Positions 41,558-51,750 are shown, counted from the first letter of the stretch. The stretch is 64,000 bases of DNA from Candidatus Wolframiiraptor sinensis (GCA_023261815.1 JALNKA010000003.1:1-64000); one strand, 5' to 3'. A program made the numbers and translations. Notes: generated from the letters alone by a model not told the origin.

Positions 41558-41647
41558 GATAGAATCATGAAAATAAAAATATTATTCGAGGCGAGCAGGA
41601 GCTCGGATAAATTGGCGAAGGATATATATCCAACTTTACTTTTTAGC

Positions 41648-41811
41648 ACATAGTATTCACGGTTACTGGGACGAATAGGGTCATGGGGCTGACGAGAAAC
41701 TGCGTGGTAACGTCCTTCACCAAGATGCCGGAGTCGGAGTTCATCGAGTACATAGATGGAATCGTTATCCCGCTGATACTCAAGAGCAGAAGGGAGCATG
41801 GGGGGGAATGA
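41648..41811 (+). pseudogene. Displaced original 3' end of the 39332 gene
   Basis: Reads IVFTVTGTNRVMGLTRNCVVTSFTKMPESEFIEYIDGIVIPLILKSRREHGGE*, 29/51 aa identical to the tail at 39881-40036; no start codon; its TGA overlaps the mvk ATG. Confidence 0.9.
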
Positions 41812-42713
41812 GAGCAGCGGCCTCAGCCCCAGGCAAGGTGATACTATTCGGCGAGCACTTTGTCGTCCACGGCGCCCCGGCGCTCGTGGCCTCAATAGAC
41901 CTCAGGGCAGCGGCGATCGTCGAGCGCGCGGAATCTGGGGGCGTTAGGCTAAGTGATGGATCCAAGGATAATCCGGCGGTGAAGGCTGTTGAACATGTCC
42001 TGCGCAGGCTTGGCGCGAGCGCGAGCCTGATCATCGAGATTGAGTCAAGAATACCTCAGAGCGTCGGCCTGGGCTCCTCAGCTGCCCTTGCGGCATCCTC
42101 TTCAGCCGCGGCGCTTCATCTTCTAGCCGGAAGGCTTGACCTCAACCTGATACTTGAGTCATCGCATGAGGGCGAGAAGATTATTCACTACATGCCGTCC
42201 GGCATAGATACCTCGATCGCGACATTCGGCGGGATCGGGGTTTACGCGAGATCGAGCGGGTACAAGAAGCTCGACATCGCGCTCGAGGAAATACTCGTGG
42301 TGAATACTGGTATGCGGAGGAGGACCGGGGATATGGTATTGAGGGTGAGGGGGTTCGCCGAGAGGGAGCCTGAGCAGTTTAAGCAGCTCCTAGATGAGGC
42401 TGGACGGATAATCGAGGAAGGGCTTGATGCGTTGAGGAGCCGTGACTTGGAGAGGCTTGGAATGCTCATGAGCAGGAACCAGGAGCTTCTGAGGGTTGTG
42501 GGGGTTTCATCGCCCGAGCTTGAGGAGGCGATCGCGATGTGCCTGGATGCCGGAGCCTATGGAGCCAAGCTAACGGGAGCTGGAGGTGGAGGTTGCGTGA
42601 TAGCCGCTGCGGACCCCGATAAGATGGACGAAATAATCTCGAGGATCTCAGGAAGATTCGAAGTATTCAGGGTTAGGCTCGGCGTCGAGGGAGTTAGGGT
42701 CGAGCGGCCGTGA
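41808..42713 (+). CDS. mvk: Mevalonate kinase
   Basis: APGKVILFGEHFVVHG, GLGSSAA, PSGID, KLTGAGGGG. Confidence 0.94.
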   Translation: MRAAASAPGKVILFGEHFVVHGAPALVASIDLRAAAIVERAESGGVRLSDGSKDNPAVKAVEHVLRRLGASASLIIEIESRIPQSVGLGSSAALAASSSAAALHLLAGRLDLNLILESSHEGEKIIHYMPSGIDTSIATFGGIGVYARSSGYKKLDIALEEILVVNTGMRRRTGDMVLRVRGFAEREPEQFKQLLDEAGRIIEEGLDALRSRDLERLGMLMSRNQELLRVVGVSSPELEEAIAMCLDAGAYGAKLTGAGGGGCVIAAADPDKMDEIISRISGRFEVFRVRLGVEGVRVERP

Positions 42714-44088
42714 GCTTCTTGTAGATTCTATCAACCTCGTCGAGAAGCTGTATTGTTAGCCTCTCCGCTTCACCCGTGTAGCTTGAGGGCCTTAGATCCG
42801 CCAGCTTGCTGTACTCGCTCTCCGGCAGATGACTTCTCAAAACCTCAGCCACCTTGCTCCAGCCATCCTTAACCGCCTGTTGGATGAGCTCGTATGCGTC
42901 CTCGACGCCGAGCTTCCTCAAGAAGACCTGATAGGCCTCCGTCAGGATCTCTGGATGACCCTCAACCTCGAGGAGCATCTCCTCCTTCCTCACGATAATC
43001 CTATCTAATGCTCCCTCCAGATTCCTGATACCCAGAACTGTCAGCGAGAGCGGCAGGCCGTAGAATCTCTTGATTATTGAGTCGGAGAGGTCTCTCTGGA
43101 GCCTGCTCGAGATGAGCCTCCTCGCCATGTATGCGAGGCTCTCCGAGGCGAGGTCGAAGGCGCCCTCAGCGTTCTCGAGGAGAATCGGATTGGATTTATG
43201 GGGCATCGTGGAGGAGTGTATCTCCTTTTCCTTAATCCCGAAGATTAGGAGACCGAGCGATGAGAGCATCCACAGGTCCCTGCAGAGATTCGAGAGCACC
43301 GAATCGAGTATAGCGACCTTCATCAGGTACTCGGAGACCCGGTCATGCGGCAGAATCTGGGTGGCAGCGGGAAAATACTCCAAGCCCATGGACTCTACAA
43401 ATGATCTGGCGAACTCGAGCCAGTCCACGTTCGGATAAGCGACCTTCAGAGCGGATAGGTCGCCGACGGCTCCACCGAGCTTCCCGGGGAACCTGAAGGA
43501 GTGGAGCTCCTCAGTTATTCTCGCCACCCTGTAGGCATAATTCGCCAAGAACTTTCCGAATGTCGTCGGCACGGCTGGGACGCCGTGAGTTCTGCCGAGC
43601 ATAATAGTGTCCACGTGCTCTAATGCGAGCGATGAAAGCTTCTCTATAAGAGAGATGAGCGCCGGGATTAAGGCCTCTTGATTAAACCTGTGGAGCAGCC
43701 TGGAGAGCGCGAGATTATTCACGTCCTCCGATGTTAATCCTAGGTGTATGTGCGATGCGATGATCCCGAGCCCATATTCGTGGAGCTTCTCCCTGAGGAG
43801 GCGGATGAGCGCCGCGACATCGTGCCCAAGAGCTCTCTCCAGCTCCTTAACCCTCCTAGCGTCCTCGATGGAGACCTCCTCTCCTATGACCCTGAGAACC
43901 TCCCTCCACTTCAGCGGCAGGGCGCTTATCTTACCGGGCTCAACCTCCTCGATTAGCTTTGCGAGATACTCAACCTCGACCCTGGCCCTCTCCTTTATCA
44001 GCGCGTGCTCGGAGAAGTATTCTGATAGCTGCTCGAGCTTCTCGCGATACCTTCCATCTATCGGGGTTATCGCCTCGAGCGGATCCAT
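42694..44088 (-). CDS. purB: Adenylosuccinate lyase
   Basis: PIDGRY, HLGLTSED, RTHG, SSTMPHKSNP, LQRDLSDS. Confidence 0.94.
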   Translation of the reverse strand: MDPLEAITPIDGRYREKLEQLSEYFSEHALIKERARVEVEYLAKLIEEVEPGKISALPLKWREVLRVIGEEVSIEDARRVKELERALGHDVAALIRLLREKLHEYGLGIIASHIHLGLTSEDVNNLALSRLLHRFNQEALIPALISLIEKLSSLALEHVDTIMLGRTHGVPAVPTTFGKFLANYAYRVARITEELHSFRFPGKLGGAVGDLSALKVAYPNVDWLEFARSFVESMGLEYFPAATQILPHDRVSEYLMKVAILDSVLSNLCRDLWMLSSLGLLIFGIKEKEIHSSTMPHKSNPILLENAEGAFDLASESLAYMARRLISSRLQRDLSDSIIKRFYGLPLSLTVLGIRNLEGALDRIIVRKEEMLLEVEGHPEILTEAYQVFLRKLGVEDAYELIQQAVKDGWSKVAEVLRSHLPESEYSKLADLRPSSYTGEAERLTIQLLDEVDRIYKKLTAARP

Positions 44089-44089
44089 T

Positions 44090-45337
44090 TCATCTCTCGA
44101 CCTCCATTCCAGCCTCAGCTCCAATTGATATTAGCTTAATCGGCTTTTCTAGGAGGTCCTCGAGAAGCTCTATGTAGGCTTTGGCTTCATCCGGCAGAGC
44201 TTCCCATCCTCTTTCAGCAATCCTCCTCCATTCATCTTCAGAGATCTTCCTCCATCCATCGACCTCCTCATAGACCGGCTTAACCCTACTGAGAAGCTTT
44301 ACGCTCGGCGGAGCAATTCCCAGGGTCTTGCCATCGACCTCATACTCGACGCATATTCGGATTTTCTCCAACCCGCTCAGAACATCGAGCTTGGTCAATG
44401 CTATCCAGTCCACATTACTTATCTTCATCGCGTATCTCATGAGCGGGATATCGAGCCATCCAACCCTCCTCGGCCTGCCGGTCGTGGTCCCATATTCCTG
44501 GCCCAGCTCCCGAAGCCTCTCGCCCAGCTCGCCCTTGATCTCCGTCGGGAAGACGCCAGCTCCAACCCTCGTCGTGTAAGCTTTAGCGACGCCGATCACC
44601 TGGCTTATCCTGGTGGGGCCGACCCCGCAGCCCGTGCACGCGGCGCCAGCAATCGTATTCGAAGACGTGACGTAGGGATAGGTCCCGTGATCTATGTCGA
44701 GTAGCGTTCCCTGAGCTCCCTCGAAGACGACCTTTCCGCCATAATCCAGGACGTCGTTCACGTATAGCTCGACATCTCCCACGTAGGGCGCTATTCTCTC
44801 GCCAAGCCTCCTGAGGTTCTCGAAGTTGTCCGGCTCCTCACCATGAAGCCTTCTCAGAATCTCGAGCTTCTCCTTCAGATCATCAGGATTCAATAGATCC
44901 TCGATTCTCAGGCCCGTTCTAAGAGCCTTATCCGAGTAAGTCGGCCCTATGCCCCTCCTAGTGGTTCCGACGGCGCTTCCTCCCCTCGCCTCCTCTATCT
45001 TCGAATCCAGCTTCTTGTGCATCGAGAGGACGATGCTTGCGGACCTGCTTATCATCAGCTTAGGATCAAGGCCGATGGACCTGAGCATTTCAAGCTCTTC
45101 GAAGACCTCATCGAGATCAACGACGGTGCCGGATGCTATGCACGGTCTCGCGCCGGCCGCAGACCCAGCTGGGATAATATTGAACTTCAGCTTTCTTCCT
45201 TGGGTGATGACGGTGTGGCCCGCGTTCGCGCCTCCCTGGAACCTGACGACGCAGTCGGCATCCCTGCACAGCAGATAAGATATCTTGCCCTTGCCCTCAT
45301 CTCCCCACTGGAGCCCTACTATGACTATGCCCGGCAT
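44090..45337 (-). CDS. purA: Adenylosuccinate synthetase
   Basis: QWGDEGKGK, GGANAGHT, EGAQG, GTYPYVTSS, TTGRPRR. Confidence 0.96.
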   Translation of the reverse strand: MPGIVIVGLQWGDEGKGKISYLLCRDADCVVRFQGGANAGHTVITQGRKLKFNIIPAGSAAGARPCIASGTVVDLDEVFEELEMLRSIGLDPKLMISRSASIVLSMHKKLDSKIEEARGGSAVGTTRRGIGPTYSDKALRTGLRIEDLLNPDDLKEKLEILRRLHGEEPDNFENLRRLGERIAPYVGDVELYVNDVLDYGGKVVFEGAQGTLLDIDHGTYPYVTSSNTIAGAACTGCGVGPTRISQVIGVAKAYTTRVGAGVFPTEIKGELGERLRELGQEYGTTTGRPRRVGWLDIPLMRYAMKISNVDWIALTKLDVLSGLEKIRICVEYEVDGKTLGIAPPSVKLLSRVKPVYEEVDGWRKISEDEWRRIAERGWEALPDEAKAYIELLEDLLEKPIKLISIGAEAGMEVER

Positions 45338-45339
45338 CT

Positions 45340-46794
45340 CTAGATCACTTCCACGTCATGCGGGTAGCTCTCCCTTATGCCGGCCGGGCTAACCCTGATG
45401 AAGATGGCGTTCCTCCTCAGCTCCTCGAGGTTCCTGGCGCCGAGGTAGCTCATGCCGGATCTTAAGCCCGCTACGAGCCTCTTCACGACATCGGATGCTG
45501 AGCCGACGTAGGGCACATAAGCCTCCACGCCCTCCGCGTAGTAGGAGTATTCCGAGGCATCTAGGAGGGTCTCCGCGTCATCCCTCACCATGAACTCCCT
45601 CCCTAGCATGGCATACATCGAGGCCATTCCCCTGTATATCTTATACCTCCTCCCATTCTTCATCACTATGGCTCCCGGGCTCTCATCCGTGCCCGCAAGA
45701 AGTTTTCCTATCATCACCGTTGAAGCTCCGGCTGCAAGGGCCTTCACGACGTCGCCGCTCTCCCTTATGCCGCCATCCGCGATTATCGGCACGTCCATAC
45801 GCTCGGCCGCCTCGGCGCACTCCATTATAGCCGTGAGCTGCGGCACTCCAACCCCAGCAACTATCCTTGTCGTGCAGACGGATCCCGGCCCTATCCCGAC
45901 CTTGACAGCGCTGGCCCCGGCCGATGCCAGGTCCTCCACACCCTCCCGAGTCGCAACATTTCCCGCCACGATCTCAACATCATCGCCGTAGATCACTCTG
46001 AGCCTTCTTACCATCTCTATGCACATCTCGCTGTGCCCATGGGCCACGTCCACGACAATGGCGTCCGCGCCAGCCTCAACGAGGAGCTGAGCCCTCTCGA
46101 GCTCCTTCTCCTTTACCCCAACGGCCGCGGCGACTAGAAGCCTTCCCTTGGAGTCTCTAGAGGCATTCGGGTAAGCCTCCCGTTTAACGAGGTCAACGCT
46201 GGTTATCAAGCCCTTCAGCCTGCCATCATCATCGACTATGGGAAGCTTCTCTATCTTATGGCTCCTGAATATCTCTCTAGCCTCCTCCAGCGAGATGCCC
46301 TCCTTGGCGACGATCATGTCGTTTCTCGGCGTCATACAGCTCCTCACAAGCTTCCTATAATCCTCGAAGAGGACATCTCTTCTAGTTATGATTCCGAGGA
46401 GTTTGCCGTGATCGTCGACCACGAGGAGGCCGCTTATGCCGAGGAACTCCATGAGCTCCTTCGCCTCCTTGACCGTGGCGTCGGGCCTTATCGTGGCGGG
46501 CTTCTCTATCACGATGTTCTCCGCGCGCTTTACCTTCGAGACCTCCTCGGCCTGCTTCTGGGGCGGCATGAACCTGTGTATGACGCCGATGCCGCCCTCC
46601 CTGGCCATCGTTATGGCCATCCTCGACTCGGTCACAGTATCCATCGCGGCCGAGACTATGGGTATATTCAGCCAGATACCTCTCGTGAACCTGCTCCTCG
46701 TATCAACCTCCTTTCTAGATCTTATGGAGGATCTTCTCGGAATAAGGAGAACATCGTCAAAGGAGAGGCCGATATGTCCTAGGATCTCCCCCAC
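45340..46794 (-). CDS. guaB: IMP dehydrogenase with CBS pair
   Basis: [35 protein letters not shown]. Confidence 0.95.
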   Translation of the reverse strand: MGEILGHIGLSFDDVLLIPRRSSIRSRKEVDTRSRFTRGIWLNIPIVSAAMDTVTESRMAITMAREGGIGVIHRFMPPQKQAEEVSKVKRAENIVIEKPATIRPDATVKEAKELMEFLGISGLLVVDDHGKLLGIITRRDVLFEDYRKLVRSCMTPRNDMIVAKEGISLEEAREIFRSHKIEKLPIVDDDGRLKGLITSVDLVKREAYPNASRDSKGRLLVAAAVGVKEKELERAQLLVEAGADAIVVDVAHGHSEMCIEMVRRLRVIYGDDVEIVAGNVATREGVEDLASAGASAVKVGIGPGSVCTTRIVAGVGVPQLTAIMECAEAAERMDVPIIADGGIRESGDVVKALAAGASTVMIGKLLAGTDESPGAIVMKNGRRYKIYRGMASMYAMLGREFMVRDDAETLLDASEYSYYAEGVEAYVPYVGSASDVVKRLVAGLRSGMSYLGARNLEELRRNAIFIRVSPAGIRESYPHDVEVI

Positions 46795-46847
46795 AGATTT
46801 CCCTCCGCGAAAACGACGCGCCAGAATTTATTATTTGATCCGGGAGG

Positions 46848-47840
46848 TCAGCTGCGCTCCATGAATAGCCTCCAGAGCTCGTCGAGGACCGGCCCCCTAA
46901 CCCTCTCCTCCAGCCCGTCCCTCCTAACCACGACATTCCCCTCCCTTCTCGCCCTCAGCTCCCCGATCACCTTAAAGCCTGGCATCCTCCCTAGCCCCCC
47001 GGCCAGGCTCCTGGGAATAGCAGCGAGCAGGACGCCGGAGGAGATGAGCTTCAGGGGATCGCATCCGAGGGCATCGCATATGAGCCTAGTCTCCCTGGCT
47101 ATGGGGACTGCCTCCTCGTAGATTATGAAGGAGCAGCTACTCGCTTCCGCGAGCTCATAGGCTCCGCCGATCAAGCCGCCCTCCGTGGGGTCATGCATGG
47201 CCCTGGCCAGCCCACTTCTAGCAAGCCTCAAAGCCTCATTGACGACGCTTATCCTCCTGTAGAACCCCTCGGCGCGGGCTAGAACCTCATCCGGCACCCT
47301 CCCCGAGAGCAAGCCCTTGAAATCCGATGCCAGGATGGCGGTTCCCTCGATCCCAGCGGTCTTCGACATGACGAGGAGGTCTCCAGGCCTCGCGCCCGAG
47401 GAGGTGATGGGCTTCCCCGATACTAGCTCGCCGACCATATGGCCAATTATTATCGGCCTCGAGATCCCCGGAGAAATCTCGGTATGCCCAGTCACGAGCG
47501 CCACGCGCAGCTTCCTACAAGCCCTATGAATATCCCGGGTTATCCTATCGAGGTCATCCAGCCGATCTTCTGGGAGCAGTATCGTCGATGAGAACCATTT
47601 CGGCTCAGCGCCCATAACCGCGACATCGTTTGCGTTCACGTGGACCGAGAGCCAACCCGCCAGCTCGCTGGCGCCCGTTATGGGATCCATGGCCACTACA
47701 AGTAGCCTACCTCCGCTCCTTACAACAGCGGCATCCTCGCCGAACCTCGGCGGAACCACGACATCCCTCCTCTTATAGCCGAGCCTGCGGAAAACAATCT
47801 TCTCGAGAAGATTTCTATCGATTTTCCCAAGCCTCTTCAT
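46848..47840 (-). CDS. AIR synthase-related (PurM/HypE-like) protein
   Basis: GEDAA, DPITG, NANDVA, GHTE, MHDPTEGG. Confidence 0.85.
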   Translation of the reverse strand: MKRLGKIDRNLLEKIVFRRLGYKRRDVVVPPRFGEDAAVVRSGGRLLVVAMDPITGASELAGWLSVHVNANDVAVMGAEPKWFSSTILLPEDRLDDLDRITRDIHRACRKLRVALVTGHTEISPGISRPIIIGHMVGELVSGKPITSSGARPGDLLVMSKTAGIEGTAILASDFKGLLSGRVPDEVLARAEGFYRRISVVNEALRLARSGLARAMHDPTEGGLIGGAYELAEASSCSFIIYEEAVPIARETRLICDALGCDPLKLISSGVLLAAIPRSLAGGLGRMPGFKVIGELRARREGNVVVRRDGLEERVRGPVLDELWRLFMERS

Positions 47841-48484
47841 AGCTCGGTCAATCGCTGAAGCTTCCTCATCCTCAATATCTTTTCCGCCTTCTTCAAGTCC
47901 TGGGGGGTTGAAACCCTGAAAAACATCCCAAGCTTATCATCGAATATCCTAAGGCTCATGCTCGAGAGGTAAATCGCGCCCCCGATCCTCCTAATCGCTT
48001 CATCCATCGCCACGCCGGGATTAGAGCTGAAGAACTCCCTGATGGGCTTCGTCTGATAAGATGCCATCGAGTATATCGTGTTCCTCGAGGGGGATTTAGG
48101 GAGAACGGCCTTGAACTTCTTAGAGCACTCGAGGAGAAATGTTGCAAAATCCTTCGTGATCAGGGGAGCATTTCCCGGAAGTATGAGCATCCTGTCGCCT
48201 TGAACATTCTCAACGACGAACTCTATCAGTACTCTATCATTAACAACCCGCTCTTTAAACCCGATGATCTCGGCGAGATACTTCTCAGCAATCTCACTGT
48301 ACTCCTTCGGGTCATCGCATTCGCCCACGAGTATAGCTAACTCCTCGACATCATCCGGAACAGCGTCTAGGACATGCTCAATCATGGGCTTACCAGCGAT
48401 CCTCGCCAAGCCAAGCTCACGCCTACCCGACCTATCAATTCCAACATAAACCACGGCGGAAGCCCTATCCATGAAGCCTCCCAT
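47837..48484 (-). CDS. MobA-like NTP transferase family protein (divergent)
   Basis: GKPMIEHVL, P..APLI, V.TPQDLKKAE; the LAGG motif is degenerate. Confidence 0.6.
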   Translation of the reverse strand: MGGFMDRASAVVYVGIDRSGRRELGLARIAGKPMIEHVLDAVPDDVEELAILVGECDDPKEYSEIAEKYLAEIIGFKERVVNDRVLIEFVVENVQGDRMLILPGNAPLITKDFATFLLECSKKFKAVLPKSPSRNTIYSMASYQTKPIREFFSSNPGVAMDEAIRRIGGAIYLSSMSLRIFDDKLGMFFRVSTPQDLKKAEKILRMRKLQRLTEL

Positions 48485-48612
48485 TTACAGCCTATCATCC
48501 AATGGTGGAATGTATTAATTGTTACGCGCTCTAAGGGTCTCGGATCAGGCTGATCTTTCCATTGAACTGCTTATATTTAAGCCACGCGATAATTTTTATT
48601 TCTTGATGGTTC

Positions 48613-50167
48613 ATGGGGCGAGCCTCTCTTTCTCGGAACAGATGTTGGGACTTTCGGGACTAAGAGCTGCATCGTGGATGCTTCTGGGAGAATTTTGGCG
48701 ACATCTTTCGTCGAGTCGGATATCCTGATTCCCAACCCGGGATGGGCGGAGCAGTGGCCCGACGTATGGTGGGATGCCTATGTAAAGAGCATCCACGGTG
48801 TTCTTCAAGCGGCCAAAGTCGATCCAGCAGATATCATCGGGATCTCGATAAGTGGCCTCTTCTCGGGAGCCGGGGTGCCCGTTGATAAGGAGTTCAAGCC
48901 GATACGCCCCGCGATCATCTGGATGGATAGAAGAGCTGTCGAGGAGTGCGAGTGGATTAAGAGGGAGATAGGGGAGGACGTCATCTTCAAGAAAACTGGG
49001 AATGTCATCGACCCGTATTATGGTTTTCCGAAGATCCTGTGGATAAAGAGGCATGAGCCGAAGAACTGGGAGAGGATACATAAGCTCATGACGATATATG
49101 GGTACATAATCTACAAGCTCACGGGCGTTAACTGCATAGACCACTCGAGCGCCGGCAACATAGGCGGGATCTACGACATTCACAAAAGAGACTGGGCCGA
49201 GGACTTAATGGAGGAGATGGGGATTCCGAGGGACTTCTTCCCGGAAGAGATAAACTGCTCGAAGGATGTGGTCGGCGAGATCACGGAGGAGGGAGCTAAG
49301 GCGACGGGTCTCAAGAAGGGGACGCAGGTCGTAGCGGGCGGAATAGACGCCCCGATGTCGGCGCTCAGCGTAACCGCCCTAAACGATGGAGACCTGACGT
49401 CTATGATCGGGACATCAATGTGCAACGGCGTCATCCAAGATGAGCTCAGGCTCTCGAAGAAGATCGTAACCCTGCCGCACGTGGCATATGATCTGCAGAA
49501 GGTTTACTCGCACTCGGGAATAGCTACCGCCGGCGCGATAGTCCGGTAGTTTAAGGACATGCTATCGCAGCACGAGAAGATCGTCGCGGAGAGCTCCGGC
49601 GTATCGGCCTACATGCTGCTGGATAAGATGGCGGAGAAGATTCCCCCGGGAGCGGATGGCCTCATCTTCACGCCCCACATGATGGTCGGCGAGCGAGCGC
49701 CCTTCTGGAGCCCGAACATGAGAAGCTGCCTCTTCGGCCTAAGGATCTCCCATACCAAGGCCCACATCTACAGAGCCTTCCTAGAGGCGGTCGCATACGC
49801 TCTCAGAGATAGCATAGAGGTCGCTCGCGAAGCCGGTATACCGATAAAGAGGATAATCTTGGTGGATGGGGGCGCGAAGTCTCCGATCTGGAGGCAGATA
49901 ATGGCCGATGTAACCGGGCAGGAGCTGAGATACGTTGAGCCGGCTCCAGGAGCGCCGCTAGGCGACGCGCTTATAGCTGGCGTGGGAACAGGATACTTGA
50001 AATACGAGACGATATACGAGTGGGTCTCCGTGGAGAATGTGGTGAAGCCGAGCCTGGAGAATACCAGGATATACGACAAATACTATCAGCTCTACAAGAA
50101 GGTGCGCGAAAGCCTGATGGAGTGCTACGATCTCGCCTCTAGAATAATGTCATCAACGCGGCCCTAA
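48613..50167 (+). pseudogene. FGGY carbohydrate kinase (xylulokinase-like), disrupted
   Basis: ATG 48613 is out of frame by one extra G with GEPLFLGTDVGTFGTK; in-frame TAG at 49547-49549 where Trp (VRWF) is expected; AEQ.P, GERAP and DGGAKS are retained. Confidence 0.85.
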
Positions 50168-50323
50168 GGGTATCTTTTCCCAAATTTATCTTTCTCAGCC
50201 CTCTTTGAAGCCCCGCATAGTATCCTCGAAATTCTTCTGGAATTCTCCTCGTCTTATCCATGAAGGAGATTCTGCAAAGCTCTAAATAGGTAGCGATGCG
50301 TGAGGGGCGGTTGAGTGGTCATA

Positions 50324-50959
50324 ATGAGGTTTTGGGAGCTGTTTCGGCGCGAGAGCCCTCAGCCTCAGCAGCAGAGAAGCCTAACGCTGAGCCCTAGAAT
50401 AAACGACGTCATAATTCAGCTTAGAGTACAGTCGGAGAAGCTTAAGAGGGCTTATCAGAGGCTCGTAGCCAGGGATAGAGAGCTCTTCGAGGCATGCGTG
50501 ACGGCGGAGCAGGAGCTGGATAGGGATCGAGCAACGATATACGCTAACGAGATAGCTCAGCTTCGCAGAATGAGCAGAACTATCTTGAGAAGCCAGATCT
50601 CACTCGAGAAGGTGATCCTCAGGCTGGAGACGATAAAGGACTTCGGGGACGTCATGAATGTCCTAGCGCCCGCCACGAGAATAATCAAGCAGATACAGAC
50701 GGATCTCTCGGGAATAGTCCCGGAGGTCGCCCACAACTTGGAGGTGATCGATGAGATGCTCGAGGGCTTGATGGTTGAGGCCGGGAACTTCACTGGAGCC
50801 ATAACCTCTGTGACGGTCGCTGATAGAGAGGCTAGAAGGATCTTAGAGGAAGCCGCGGAGATCGCCGCTCAGCGGATGAGTAAGCAGTTCCCAGAGTTGC
50901 CAGAGCTGGGCTCCGAGGCGGCGGAGAACTATAAGTCCCAGACGTCAAATACGCCGTAA
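50324..50959 (+). CDS. ESCRT-III/Snf7 (CdvB-like) protein
   Basis: RD..LF..CV.A, A.IYANEIA.LR, LE.V.LRLET, GDV, PEV, EA..IL.EA, FPELP. Confidence 0.88.
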   Translation: MRFWELFRRESPQPQQQRSLTLSPRINDVIIQLRVQSEKLKRAYQRLVARDRELFEACVTAEQELDRDRATIYANEIAQLRRMSRTILRSQISLEKVILRLETIKDFGDVMNVLAPATRIIKQIQTDLSGIVPEVAHNLEVIDEMLEGLMVEAGNFTGAITSVTVADREARRILEEAAEIAAQRMSKQFPELPELGSEAAENYKSQTSNTP

Positions 50960-50992
50960 AAGGCTCGCTAAAGGCAGAATAAGGAGGACATG

Positions 50993-51689
50993 TTAAGGCT
51001 GCTTGGCTGGCCGCTGACCATACCTTTTTTTCTTGAATTCTCTCATATACTCTATGTCGGCTTCCGTGAGCTCCTCGGGTTTTCCGAGGAGAAGCGCGAA
51101 GATCGCTGATTTCGCGAGCTCCTCGACAACAACGGCGTTATCTAGGGCCTCCTCGTAGCTCACCCCATAGGTGATGACGCCATGCTTTCTCAGTAAGGCG
51201 ACCTTGCTCCTTCTAAGAGCCTCGACAATGCTCTCCAGCTCATCCATCTTCGTCGTCCCAGGATACGAGTAGTTTCTAACAACTGGCACCCTTCCCTCGA
51301 ATGCGTGCGCCTGCTCGGTTGTCAGGCACGGTATATCTATCTCCAGTATGGCGAAGACTGTGGCCATGGGCGAGTGCGTATGAACAACGCATTTAGCCTC
51401 GGGAATTCTTTTATGGACGTAAACGTGCATGGGGGTCTCGCTCGATGGCCTAAGCTTTCCCTGAACAACCTCCCCCATCCAAGTTCACCACGACGAGGTT
51501 CTCCTTGGCAACCCTCTCCTTGCTGAAGCCGCTCGGAGTAATGACGACGTAATCGGTATCAGGAATCCTCGCGCTCACTACCCCGAAAGTGCTCTTCACA
51601 AGACCCTCTTCAAACAGCTTTCGCGAAACCATTAAGACGCCCTCCATAACATCATCCAGCACCCTGGAATCCACACTTATCCCACTCAT
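50993..51689 (-). pseudogene. Class II aldolase/adducin (FucA/AraD-like), frameshifted
   Basis: N-part GVVSARIP..ITPSG..NLDG and C-part PSSETPMH, HTHSP, LRKHG are in different frames; one extra G in the run at 51472-51476 (real or sequencing error). Confidence 0.8.
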
Positions 51690-51750
51690 TCCAGCATCAC
51701 TCAATACTACGCTAGTCAGCCGATTATAGGGGTTACGCGATCGCGGGCCC

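Larger units (their letters stand above)
39880..41647. mobile_element. Homing-endonuclease insertion carrying a replacement 3' end of its target gene
   Basis: Lies between host ...AAG ATC CAC TA and the displaced C ATA GTA TTC...; contains the recoded tail, a LAGLIDADG ORF and degraded ORFs; junctions +/-1-3 nt. Confidence 0.85.

Noticed and set aside
39880-41647. Insert as an intein, BHB intron or IS element
   Set aside because: The endonuclease is antisense and the host frame stops at 40036; no BHB, terminal inverted repeats, transposase or convincing target-site duplication (a CAC match at both ends would delete a conserved Tyr).
49547-49549. In-frame TAG as pyrrolysine or readthrough
   Set aside because: It falls at a conserved Trp (TGG>TAG), there are no pyl genes in the window, and the gene has a second lesion.
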